Shown piece by piece: positions 14,117-26,380 of a stretch of 64,000 bases of DNA. The stretch spans positions 20,150,001 to 20,214,000 of the forward strand of contig NC_092348.1 of assembly GCF_963676685.1 (NCBI RefSeq). The letters run 5' to 3'. This DNA comes from Mytilus edulis. Lineage: Eukaryota. The notes under the pieces were generated by a model, which was not told where the DNA came from, searched no databases, and saw only the letters and a list, made by a program, of their open reading frames with translations. The position numbers and the translations under genes were made by a program. Each line of letters starts with the position of its first letter. The stretch's first letter is position 1.

Positions 14117-14849
14117 GGCGGAGGACATTTGAGCGCATTGATAGGACATTTGAGCGAAAAAAATGGACGTTTAGCGCCAATGTAGAACCCATTTTAGTGC
14201 CTGATTTTTAACCCATTTTAGCGAAAATTAAAATTGTCAATGCCCATTTTAGCGAAAAAATTAAAACCCATTATAATATATAATAAATAAAAAAAAAACT
14301 TCAATAGAATCAAGACAGCACAATATAAAACATATGATGTCCATTCAAATACAGCACTAAATGCCTAATAGATTTTAATCAAATGTTAAAAGTTAGTTCG
14401 AGCCTGGAATTTATATCCTAGAGAACGTACGTAATGGGCTCTGGATAAACCCCCTGTACAATACTGTTGAATTGCATAAGTAACTGTTCTTTCTCTTTAT
14501 CTTGTCTAGATTGTGGGGCAGATTCTGCTATACTTCGTATTTTTATATATGTTGTTGTTTGCAATTTGATAATAGTATTAAGAAAAACGCAAATAGCTGG
14601 GTGACAACTATAACATTGCTCATTATAATGGGCAACGAACGACTCTAGACCATTATTTGATTGCTTGTAATTACACTGAACTTCTGCCCAAAGCTTAATG
14701 AATATACTTATTCAACCACGTAAGTTTTCGCTAAAATGGGCTATCGAAAATACAGGTGAACGGATTAATCCGGCGCTAAAATGGGCTCTAATGTCGGCGC
14801 TCAAATGTCCCCTAGTAGTTCCAAATTTTTCGCTAAATTGTCCAGCGCC
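14117..14849 (-). mobile_element. Non-autonomous Mutator-like (MULE) DNA transposon, internal deletion derivative
   Basis: Perfect 10-bp TSD CATCGAACCA (14107-14116 and 14850-14859). Imperfect TIRs GGCG..GGACA.TT.AGCG with reiterated CCCATTTTAGCG subterminal motifs. Minus-strand remnant KLWAEV...SNNGLESFVAHYNEQCYSCHPAICVFLNTIIKLQTTTYIKIRS (~14386-14696) resembles a MULE transposase C-terminus. Confidence 0.85.
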
Positions 14850-17779
14850 CATCGAACCAACTGAAAAAATATACAAATAAATATATATATATATATAAGA
14901 ACGAGCCAACGAGATTTTAACCATCAAGAAATGAAAAGTTTAAAAAGAAACGACTACCAATTTTTCATGTATCAATAAATCGAAAAGACATTCTACTTTA
15001 AACCACATTGTAGTGCCTATGTATACATTCCCACGCTGTTTTGCAATATGTAATGGCAAATGTATATTTTTAGAGTTCTGCATTGACTTCACACAAACAC
15101 ACTGTTACACACATATATTTCACCACATCAACTGCGGGAATTTAATCTATATTTGAATGTCTTGATTCCGAACATGTATATAAAGGCAACTTCCTGTTAT
15201 GTTTATTATAACGTCTTAGCAAGCCAGGAAGAGACGGCTGAAAAAATTACGAAGAACAATTTCAATTTTAATTCTAAACGAAAACTTAAAGTTTGGGCAT
15301 TATTCGTGTAGACCCATCGCTAGCAATTCCAATTATATAATTGGCATGTCTATTCTCTACTCTCTACTGTTGCCATATTGCACCCATTTATGCCGATGCA
15401 ATATAGAGTTCAATACACAGGCTAGTTGCACTAATTGTATGATGGCGTTAAGACGCTTATGATTTAGAATTGCTCCGTTAACAGGTTAAAGAATCGACTC
15501 AAAACAAAAGCTTATAATTCAAACATCCTTTTGTAGTTGATAATTGATTTGGAGTTTTATAAGGATTAATTTTCATTTTGATGTATCGATATTTTTTTCA
15601 TGCAATTTCTAAATTAGAAGAAAAGTTTAAATTTCTATAAAATTTCGGATGTAAAAAAATAAATAACGTTTCGAATTTTGTTTTTTAATAGCAGTTTCGA
15701 ATGTTTAAAATGCATGAGATGAAAACAACAATCAGTAAATAACCATTTCCTACGTTTGGATTTTCATTTGAAATGATCTGTTATTTATATAAAGTGGATT
15801 TATTATGGTTAAAACGGAATTTCAAGCTTAAATGAATTTGCATGAATAAAGATTAACTAAGTGGGAATAGGCAAGACGAAGAAAAAATCTAACCTTTTAT
15901 AATACTCAGCGGTCAAAACGTATGTCCAGTCAACCGATAACCACATGAAATCATTTATATGTAAAAACAGCATTAAAAAGATTGATTTTGAAAAGAATAA
16001 TGTTCAAAAGTCCTGCAGATTTGAATTTCACAGCGATTTTCTCCTTCGTGATGGCTCCCTTAGTGAAAAAGAGGACATTTCAAAATGGCCACGTGCCGGA
16101 GTAATGGCGGTCGCGTGGCAGACGACTGTCATAGCGTGCGATGTCCATTTTAAGTGTGGTGATAAGCTGTTTTAACAATCTTGTACAGACACTCATTCTG
16201 TTTATCCACTGAAGTGTAAATAGAGGAGTTTGTCATCTCTATTTGATTAAAGGTTATTTTGTTATTTTCCAATTTAGTCGTTGAAATTATTAACAATAAG
16301 ATCTCTACCTGCGCCTAGTTGTAAATAATTTCTCGACATAATCACTTTATTGAATTCTTGAGATTAAATCTACACGATATGTACCCACCTATTTTCCCAT
16401 GTGTATCATTTTCACAAAAGACAAAACGATTAGCATAATAGATGTCAAACATTCATATCAATAAGGTTATCTATGGTAAAATGATAATTCTATTATATTC
16501 TACATATTAGAGTGTTATGATTCAATTATTGGTCATAGATGTCAATAACGGTACATGTAACAATACAATGACATGTTACTGCCAGTTTTATATGTCAGAA
16601 AAAAATGTATTACGTAGATCCTCTCACTCTAAATTGTAACGAAAGTGAAAGTTTGAATTGAAAAAGAGTGAGGTGTATGTTATTCGATGATGAGTTAAAA
16701 CTTGTAAGCGACCTGGGTGCTAGATAAACATTTCTCAACACCAGAGATAGTATCTTAATCTGTGAAATTTTAGAAAAGAAGTGATGTTCTACATAGAATA
16801 ACTGCAATGATGATGGTAAATGATGGTTCATTTTACAGCGACAACGACTTTTCTCCTTCGTGATAGCTCCCATATAAAAAGGAGGACATTTCAAAATATA
16901 CACGTACAGATCTGTTCGTTTTCCTTATATCTTTTCTGATAAGTTTTTTTTTTTACCTTCTGACGGTTTTCCTGTGGTTGACCTATTGAAAGCTCCATAA
17001 TTACTTTAATTGCGAAACCCTATCAAATATGAATACGAATGAAACATCAAGTTGTCTTGATAAAAACTAAAAATAGGAAGTCATACTGTTGAGAATAAGT
17101 TATATCCTTATCGTTATCTCTTTATTTATAATAAAGTGTATTAATTTATCAAATTCTGTTCCTTCGATTTGTTTTGTTTTAAGAAATTAGCTGAGATTTT
17201 TATTTAAAGCTAAATAGACTCGATACACTTTAGAGCTTGACACAATGTTTTTTTTCCTGAAAAAGAGAACCAAAAGATACCAAAGGAACATTCAAACTCC
17301 TAAATCAAAACTAAACTGACAACGCCACGACAAAAAGAGGGAAAAGATAAAAAGACAAACAACAGTACACCATACACAACATAGAAAACAAGACTCAGGA
17401 CATTCTATTTATATTTCCCCCAATTTTGAATAGAATTGCTGTATCATTGATCTTGTTATCAAGAGTGCAGATATATACAGTTGTACTTGTTTTAATAATG
17501 GCAGTGCATCGTATCCTGTCGTATCATTTTAAAGCGTTGCTGCAAAATGTATGATGCATTTCTTTTTTTAAAGGCAACAGTATATCAATAATATTTCAAA
17601 CAGGAGCTACATGTATGTGGTTTTTTTTTTTATCTTAAATGTAAGATGAAAATAGATAAGACAAGAAAAATCTATTCATACTGTAATCTTGATGTCTTTC
17701 GGACTAATCATTGTTAAAATCAGAATGATGATAATCTATTTATTTATATTCATTTTGATTTTACGCCGATTAAAGGCTC

Positions 17780-18620
17780 AAAGACTCACCAAGGATAACA
17801 GGCTTATAACTTTGTAAACCAAAATCTATACCTGAGGACAGAAAACAACCATAGTGTTTCGAATATTTCAAAATCTTCGTAAAACGATATAAGGTGATAC
17901 GTCTATGGATGACACGTCCACCAGTAGTGGTGTCGATCCAGTCGTTGTAAATACCCTATCAACGATATCAGGCTCATAATTTTGTACAGCATATTCGCGT
18001 TTCGTCATATTTTATGAGGTATGATATGGTCAGGGTACGAAATGGTTTTTGGCAGGGTACGAAATGTTTATTGCCAGGGTACATTAAGTTTGGGGTACGA
18101 AATGACTATAATTCCTATATAATGCTAGTACTCATCAGTGATGCTCAAAACGAAACAATTGGAAGGTCAAATCGAATATGAAGTTGAAGAACATTAGTGC
18201 CTAATAAATTTAAAATCAAACTGTTTTAAAGCAAAGGGCAAAAGCAATTTGAATCTGGGTGTAGAAAAAACCGTAGCGTATCGAACCTTTTATAAATAGT
18301 AAATTTACAGCTAAATGAATCCATCAATGACATTACATTTAAAAACCAGAATAATAACTACTACACTTGTGATGTAATCGGTGATGAAGCGTCACCAGAG
18401 GTGGCATCTACCAAGTGGTTGTGAAAACTCATGAAGATTACCGGGCTTATAACTTTTTACACGAACGTAATTTATTGGTTTTACATTAAACAAGGTTATC
18501 AAAATCTTTAAGGCAAAAGACGAACAGCAATACATTAAAACAACAACAAGAAACTAGGGTAGAAACAACCTTAGTGGTTCGAATGATCCAACATTTTGTA
18601 AACAGTAAACTTACAGAAAA
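17780..18620 (-). repeat. Degenerate tandem copies of the ~350-bp hammerhead-containing repeat; HHR split by a short insertion
   Basis: Shares CCACCAG.AGTGG..TCGA.CCAGT, GAAGTTGAAGA.CATT and CTCATCAGTGA.GCTC modules with 24570-25040. The insert at ~18010-18120 has reiterated GGGTACGAAATG. Confidence 0.7.
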
Positions 18621-19439
18621 CTTCATTTCATGTTAACACAAATGCTGACAGCAAGTTTGGGTATCTAGGGTAAGTGGCGTCGAAAAGTTTGGATCCATAC
18701 GATGTTTCGTTGACCAAACTAGCTAAGGACATTTTTACCACATGGTAGATTGTGTTTTGTCATAATGTCGTCTAATCTTTTAATTACCAAACGTGACTTA
18801 TTCCCGATTGTGACTGTTTTGCCGAGTGTGAACTCGCATTACTATAAGACGTGGTACGGTACTTATACATCCCATATTCATGTATTTAGTTTAAATGTTT
18901 AATGTTATATTTGTAATTCTCATCGGATTTTGTCAAATGTGTTGATGTCTTTTCTATTATATTTCTGTGTTATGGTAAAGAAAATTAATCACCGCCTTCA
19001 TTTATCAGATTTGATTTCGTTCAAAGTAATCAGTACGATATTTTACGTTTGAAGTTAGATTCATAACAAACCTGACATAGTTTTATAATATAGTTAATTG
19101 CTACCTCAGTTTTATATTAATAAGAATTAAAATGTGCTTTGTTATTAAATGCAATATCAGTATTTAGTTCAAATATATAATCTTAAATTAATCCTAATTC
19201 TAATGACGTCATTTTTTCGTCATTTTTCATTTTTTGATGCTCTGTTTTACTAATTCTAATGACGTCATTTTTTCGTCATTTTTCAGTTTCAAATAGGACG
19301 TCACTTGGCGTAGAGGTTTATACGTATTCGGATGTGTCTACTTTTGTGTTTCAAATGTCTGGTTATGTAAATGTATTTCAGTTGTTTCCTGTAATTAGTT
19401 AATACTTCAGCTTTATCATGTACATCTTTTGAATATTCA

Positions 19440-20190
19440 TTTTATTAAATTTACTGTTTGCAAAAGTATAAATTACTCTATATTATAGGGATTTTCTGGT
19501 AACTTAACGGAAAACCCTTGCCGTTTTTGGCACAACCTTTTTGATCTTTTGGTCCTCGATGCTGTTCAACTTTGTACTCGTTTCGGCTTTCAAACTTTTG
19601 TATCTGTGCGTCACACATAGGTCTTGTGTGGACAAAATACACTTCTGGCGTATTAAAATTTTGAACTTGTTGCCTTTTGTTGGCTGTTGTTCGTGTGATT
19701 CTTTGTCTATTGTGTTCTCCAATTTATTTATATTGTAGTCCTGTGTTGTCATTTTGATGTTATATTTCACATGGCCATAAAAGTGCGAGGTTTGGCATGC
19801 CACAAAACCAGGTTCAACCCACCATTTTTTCCTTTAAAAATGCCCTGTACCAAGTCAGGAATATGGTCATTGTTATATTATAGTTCGTTTCTGTGTGTAT
19901 TACATTATAACGTTGTGTCGTTTGTTTTCTCTTATTTTTGAGTGTAAATTCACATTGTGATAAGACGTGTCACGGTACTTGTCTATCCCAAATTCATGTA
20001 TTTGGTTTTGATGTTATATTTGTTTTTCTCGTGGGATTTTGTCTATATGTGTTACATTTTAGTGTTATGTCGTTGTTCTCCTCTTATATTTAATGCGTTT
20101 CCCTCGGTTTTAGTTTGTTATCCCGATTTTGTTTTTTGTCCATGGATTTATGAGTTTTGAACAGCGGTATACTACTGTTGCCTTTATTTG
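19440..20190 (+). repeat. Composite repeat: degenerate retrozyme-like unit followed by a PLE-3'-like repeat
   Basis: 19480-19670 matches the retrozyme unit (TTTGGCACAAC..TTTTGGTCCTC.ATGCT.TTCAACTTTGTACT) with a decayed HHR. 19720-20190 shares GAGGTTT and GACGTG..CGGTACTT motifs with the region 3' of the PLE RT at 37280-37680. Confidence 0.55.
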
Positions 20191-21977
20191 TTGTAAAAGC
20201 CCATCAAAGAATAACAGGCCAATTATTTTGCACTACAAAGCGCGTTTCTTTTCTACATAAGAAAATGCCTGTACCAAGTCAGGTATATGACAGTTGTTAT
20301 CCATTCGTTTGATGTGTTTGAGCTTTTGACTTTGCTACTTGACTATGGACTTTCCGTTTTGAATTTTCCTCTGAGTTCGGAATTTTTGTTATTTTACTTT
20401 TTCGTCAACACACGATTCATCAGTGATGCTTGAAAAAAAAACCAGATTGAAGTCTAACTGAAATACGAAGTTGAAAAAAATTCGTCTCCCAAAATTTCGA
20501 ATATAGTTGTGGCAATCTGAACTTTGAGGTAGAAAAAACAGTGTTTAGAACATTTTATAAAGCGTAAATTTACAGTAAAATGCATCCACCGATGATATTG
20601 ATAGCAACACAAAAGTTATGACTACTGGGCTGGGAAAACCCTCAACATCAACTAGCAGTGGCAGCTAGCGGCCTGGTGGCTGTAAAATTCATCAAGGATA
20701 GAAGGCTTGGCTGGAGAGTTGTCTCATTGGCACTCATACAACATCTTCTTAAATCTATGATAACTTTGTTCGTCAAACGCGAATATAACTTATTGATTGT
20801 GCATTTGACGGCGTTGTAAACCAAAAGACAATCAGAGTGACATACAGCAGCCAATTCAAACATTACACAGAAACCAGCTGAAGTAATGAAGTTCATTAAA
20901 GAGGGACGAAAGACACAAGAGGGACAGTCAAAATCATAGATTGAAAACAAACTGACAACGCCAATGCCAAAAATAAAAAGACAAAAAGACAAAAGACATA
21001 ACATAGAAAACTAAAGATTAAGCAGCACGAACCCCACCAAAAACTGGGGGTGATCTCAGGTGCTCATGACCTTCTTTCAATTGATGCAAACCTTAATATA
21101 AATATCAAGTAGTTTCACTTTAAAATTTTATGATTTATAAATAATTATCTTTTAAAGCTTAACACCACCCCAACCCACCCCATCCCAATTTTAATTACTT
21201 AGATGTAAATTTAAGTAAGAAATCTTAAAGTGTAAAACCGTTGCTATTTTTTTATCTGAAAGATAACATGCATTTGCAACATGTATATGACATCATAATG
21301 ATTTCACATTGCGTGTCTAATATTAAAGGAAATTAACATATTATTTCAAAGATTTAATTTTCAGTTTTGAAAAACAATGAATCTCGTCATACTCTGTCCT
21401 TTGGCTTTGAAACGTACATGCATTAAAAGTGATTTTGTATTTTAAACACTTGTTCTTTAGCTAGTGTATTAAATTTTTTTGCCAGTTACACGTATTTTTT
21501 GCACTGGAATTGGTGACAAACGTTTGAAATATTTCGATTGTTTTTCTGGCTTCCTAAGTGTGTTAGCTTGACTATCATTCTATAAACTAGTCATGTGATC
21601 TTAATGTATTAAAATTTTTCCATTTTTTGTCATATTTTTATATTTATTAACATGAATATACTAAGAGGTCATCATAATTAAATATCGTATACCAGATACA
21701 AGTGGGATTTGTAGTGCACTATGTTGAAATTGTTTTTCACGTTTTGTGGACGGTTAGCTTTTTCGTTTTCCTTTTTATCCAAAGTGTTTTCTGTTGTTTT
21801 TTGTTTATTTTTATAAACCAATTTTATTGTTGTAACTCCTGTTACAAGGAATCTCATAACTGTTTTGATAACATCAAAGCATGGAGAAAAACAAAAGACG
21901 TAGAATCACACAAGTAAGTAAAGAAAAATAAAAACACCGTAAAACATAGCAGAAAACATCTTAGATAAGCGTAAGAT

Positions 21978-23666
21978 AAACAAGAAGTACTTGTAACAGG
22001 ATGCTGTTACGAAGTCTCCCAAACAAAGCTCCCATAACTCGCCATTCATATGGTCCCATGTTCATTTGATTTGATTTTTTGTCCCATACAAGAATATATA
22101 TGGCTTACGAGTAGCAATCTCCACTATTTACAAGTATTCAAACAGGAGGGGGTGGTGGTGACCCCCAGGAAATTTACCTTCATTTCATTTGATTTGTTTT
22201 ATTGTCCCCTACAAGAATGTATATGGTTTAAGGGTGGGGATCTGGACCGTTTACAAGATAATAGCATATTCTCAAATTGAACGGGGTGGGGCTACCCCAG
22301 GAACTTCCCTTTAATTTTATTTGATTAGCTTTATTGTCCCATACAAGAATATATATGGTTTAGGGGTGGGGATGTTGACCGTTTACAAGTTTTCAAAGAA
22401 GAGGGGATGGGGTGACCCCCTTGGGACTTCCCTCTTATTTCATTTCATTTGTTTTATTGTCCCCTACAAGAATATATATGGTTTAGGGGTGGGGATGTTG
22501 ACCGTTTACAAGTTTTCAAACAAGAGGGGGTAGGGTAATCCCCTCCGGACTTCCCTTTTATTTCATTTCATTTGTTTTATTGTTCCCTACAAGAATATAT
22601 ATGGTTTAGGGGTGGGGATGTTGACCGTTTGCAAGTTTTCAAATAAGAGGGGGTGGGGTAACCCCCTCCGGACTTCCCTTTTATTTCATTTCATCTGTTT
22701 TATTGTTCCCTACAAGAATATATATGGTTTAGGGGTGGGGATGTTGACCGTTTACAAGTTTTCAAATAAGAGGGGGTGGGGTGACCCCCTCCGGACTTCC
22801 CTTTTATTTCATTTCATTTGTTTTATTGTTCCCTACAAGAATATATATGGTTTAGGGGTGGGGATGATGACCGTTTACAAGTTTTCAAATAAGAGGGGGT
22901 GGGGTGACCCCCTAGGGACTTCCCTTTAATTTCATTTCATTTGTTTTATTGTCCCCTACAAGAATATATATGGTTTAGGGGTGGGGATTTGGACCGTTTA
23001 CAAGATAATAGCACATTCTCAAATTGAACGGGGTGGGGATGACCCCCGGGGACCTCCCTTTAATTTCATTTGATTTGTTTTATCGTCCCAATTAAGAATA
23101 TATATGGTTTAGGGATGGGGATCTGGACCATTTAAAAGATATAAGCATATTCTCAAATTGAAGGGGGTGGGGATGAACTCCCAGGGACTCCCCCTATATT
23201 TCATGTGATTTGTTTAATTGTCCTATAATCAATTCTGAAGACTGCATGTATCTATCACTTACAGTTTTCAAGTTATATTCATTTGAAAATTTTAGAAAAT
23301 AAAATCCCATAGGGTTCTATAGTAAACCCATTCCTCCTTTCTACCCCCCAAAATACCCCTTAATAGACTCCAATGCACAAACGAAAGTTTGATGGCTCAC
23401 CTAGACATATTAGTCTACCATTTTCTGAAATTCTAGGTCAATCTGACAAGCGGTTTTGGAGAAACGCTGCGGACAAGTTCNNNNNNNNNNNNNNNNNNNN
23501 NNNNNNNNNNNNNNNNNNNNNNNNNNNNNNNNNNNNNNNNNNNNNNNNNNNNNNNNNNNNNNNNNNNNNNNNNNNNNNNNNNNNNNNNNNNNNNNNNNNN
23601 NNNNNNNNNNNNNNNNNNNNNNNNNNAAACAATAAGTCTCCAAACTTTGTTTGGGAGACTTAATAA
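21978..23666 (-). mobile_element. HINE-like (Helentron-associated) element containing a 123-bp tandem array
   Basis: Perfect 17-bp inverted repeat AAGTCTCCCAAACAAAG (22012-22028 / 23645-23661). Terminal stem-loop GTAACAG-GATG-CTGTTAC (21993-22010). About 9 internal units of ~123-131 bp at 22060-23220. The N gap sits where a microsatellite is expected. Confidence 0.8.
23481..23626. other. Assembly gap (146 N)
   Basis: Run of N. Confidence 1.
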
Positions 23667-24569
23667 GTTGCTTCACTTCTTGTGAGTTAATTATAAAGTC
23701 AGCAATATTTACCAGGCAAGTATTTATCAAAATATTTATTAATCGATTACAAAATGAGACATTAAAAACTGTCACCTAAGTAATCGCTAGGAACATGTAA
23801 GACTGAATTGATACGCATATCTGAATTAAGTTTCATAATAAAACATAAGCACCAAACTTTGCAACAGGATTATACTAGAAACAATAATAACCAAAAGGGG
23901 ACTAAAAGAATAGCAAAAACCATCTGATCTTTTAGTCAATTATTTTTGGGGGATGCTCTGAACGTCTTAAAAAACATTCAAGCTTTTTAAAAGATATTGA
24001 GGAAAAATAAAAATAGGAAATCACAACCATTGCCAAAACCGAGCGGATGCCCTCATAAGAATAACTGCTGCTTTTGTAACTGTCAAACAGTAATTTTTGT
24101 ATCAATCCAATTGTATGAAATCAAAGAAGAATGCATTTGTATACTTACTACACAGGTGTTTTGTGTAAGAGTCAGAATTGGTTAAAGTTACTAGTAAGAT
24201 GAAGTAAGGTGAAAGATTAAGCTAACTATAAAACTATGTATAATCCACCATTTTTTACATATAGAGATGTTTGTACCAAGTCAAATAATATGGCGGTTGT
24301 TTTCCAATCGTTTGATTTGTTTGGGCTTTTGAATTTGCCATTTAACATTTCGATTTGAATTATTCGGTATTTTTGTTATTTTACTTTTTATGACTACGTT
24401 ATAACCGAAATGGCAATTCAAGACTAAACTCAATTATAAGTGAAGGTCACTTAGAACCTAAAACTGAGTAATTGTAATATGTATGTATACTCGGATAGCA
24501 AGCCCACAAAAAGGTGCTAGAAAAGCAGAACTGTTGCGGGTACAATTTAATGTGATTGTAACTTTAAAA

Positions 24570-25040
24570 ACTCTTCAAAGTTTTTTCATGTTTGGCTTTA
24601 TAACTTTTTTGATCTGAGCGTCACTGATGAGTCTTATGTAGACGAAACACGCGTCTGGCGTATTAAATTATAATCCTGGTACCTTTGAAAACTATTTACA
24701 CCATTGGGTCGATTCCACTGCTGGTGGACGTTTCGTCCTCGAGGGTATCACCAGCCTAGTAGCCGTCAGCACTTCGGTTTTGACATGAATATCAATTATA
24801 TGGTCAATTTTATAAATTTCCTGTTACAAAACTTTGAGTTTTTCGGAAAAATAAGGATTTTCTTATTCCAGGAATAGATTACCTTAGTCGTCTTTGGCAC
24901 AACTTTTTGGAATTTGGGTCTTCAATGCTCTTCAACTTTGTACTTGTTTGGCTTTATAACTTTTTTGATCTGAGGGTCACTGATGAGTCTTATGTAGACC
25001 AAACGCGCGTCTGGCGTATTAAATTATAATTCTGGTACCG
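24570..25040 (+). mobile_element. Non-LTR retrozyme-like repeat: one full 356-bp unit bounded by two type I hammerhead ribozyme motifs
   Basis: Direct repeat with CTGATGA cores at 24624 and 24980 (spacing 356). The first HHR core is intact; the second has GAAA->CAAA. Confidence 0.85.
24618..24661 (+). ncRNA. Minimal type I hammerhead ribozyme
   Basis: GCGTCA-CTGATGA-GTCT(tatgt)AGAC-GAAA-C(acgc)G-TC|TGGCGT: stem I GCGUCA/UGGCGU, stem II GUCU/AGAC, minimal stem III, GUC cleavage triplet. Confidence 0.8.
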
Positions 25041-26380
25041 ATATACATGCCTGTTTTTTTGAAAAATGTGAATGTTTCAAATAAGTCAATAATTTATTAA
25101 AAATGAATTAACAGAACAAAATACAGTTCAATACGTTAAACAATAAACTTCATCAAGAATTACACTATGTCAACTTATCCTTCGTGTGCATGTTTACTTA
25201 AAGGTTGAAGTCAGGCTCATGTCCTTACTAACTAATAAGTTTTTCTCCTTATAATACAGTTTTTTTTTTATTTTACATTAACTGTTTATTTATTCCCATT
25301 ATTTGAAAATAACTAATTACACTTGTTGAGTAAAGGGGAACAACTACTATATTAAAATTAAAAGCGACATTTTGATAAACGTCTTCATCTATATTTTACA
25401 ATTTTGGTTATTGAAGCAACCACTTAACTGATATACACAGTACTTTATTACGTCGATAGTGTTATTAATTGATTACATCTTCGAGGTTTCTTGTGTCGAA
25501 GATTTGGCTTAGATGTTTATCTTTAATTTCATATTCGAATATAGTTTTAAGAATATCCTTTCAGACAAAAAAATAAAAATCAAGTTTCCAGATTAGATTT
25601 AAATTCAGTCAACATGTCTTTTTTAAAAGTATGTTAATTATATACAGGCTCAAAGGAAGCAATCAACTGTGTCATTATTAACGGTCTTGCATGATCTTCT
25701 TTATTGTAGTTTGAATGTTAAGTTACTAGTAAGGTGTATGTTTTTCTATTAACTATTGAAAAAATATATACGTCATATCGTATTGTGTGATATTACTGTT
25801 TATATTGAAGGTTCAAATTATATGTCTCATATCATGTGTAACATTTGTGGAGATATACGATCATACAAACTGTTTTGTGTTATTCAAATGTAAAGGTCAA
25901 AATATTTTGACTTACCTCCCTTTCCTCACTCCAAATGACACAATGAGCAGTAAAAACAATACAAACGAAGTTTCGTTTTATAATTTGTAGTTTTAAACGT
26001 AAAGCACGAATTCAAAAAATGAATGTTCAAAATATCAAGTAAGGTAGATTCAAACAGCGGGTTCATCAAACCTGGAAAAAACTTTAGACTATATCAATCA
26101 ACAAATCTAATGGAAAACAACTGTCATATTGTTTACAGACATCTTTCAAAGAAAATTGTGAATAAATCCTAAATAATACTGAAAATATAACAAAAACTGT
26201 GTAAATTGTCGATAGTTATTCACAACGAACATTTCAGCATTGGAGTGTCCAGAGTTAGTTGTACTATTCAAATATGAATAGAATTGACATAATTCTGAAA
26301 TGGTTGTACAATTTAACGACTAGTAATTGTTTGGGGTTTCTATCACACCTACTACGATGACATGAAAGAATTAAATAGCT

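Noticed and set aside
22050-22929. ORFs with 41-aa periodicity
   Set aside because: Translations of the 123-bp satellite inside a non-autonomous element.
23373-23775. ORFs spanning the N run
   Set aside because: Artefacts of translating the assembly gap.
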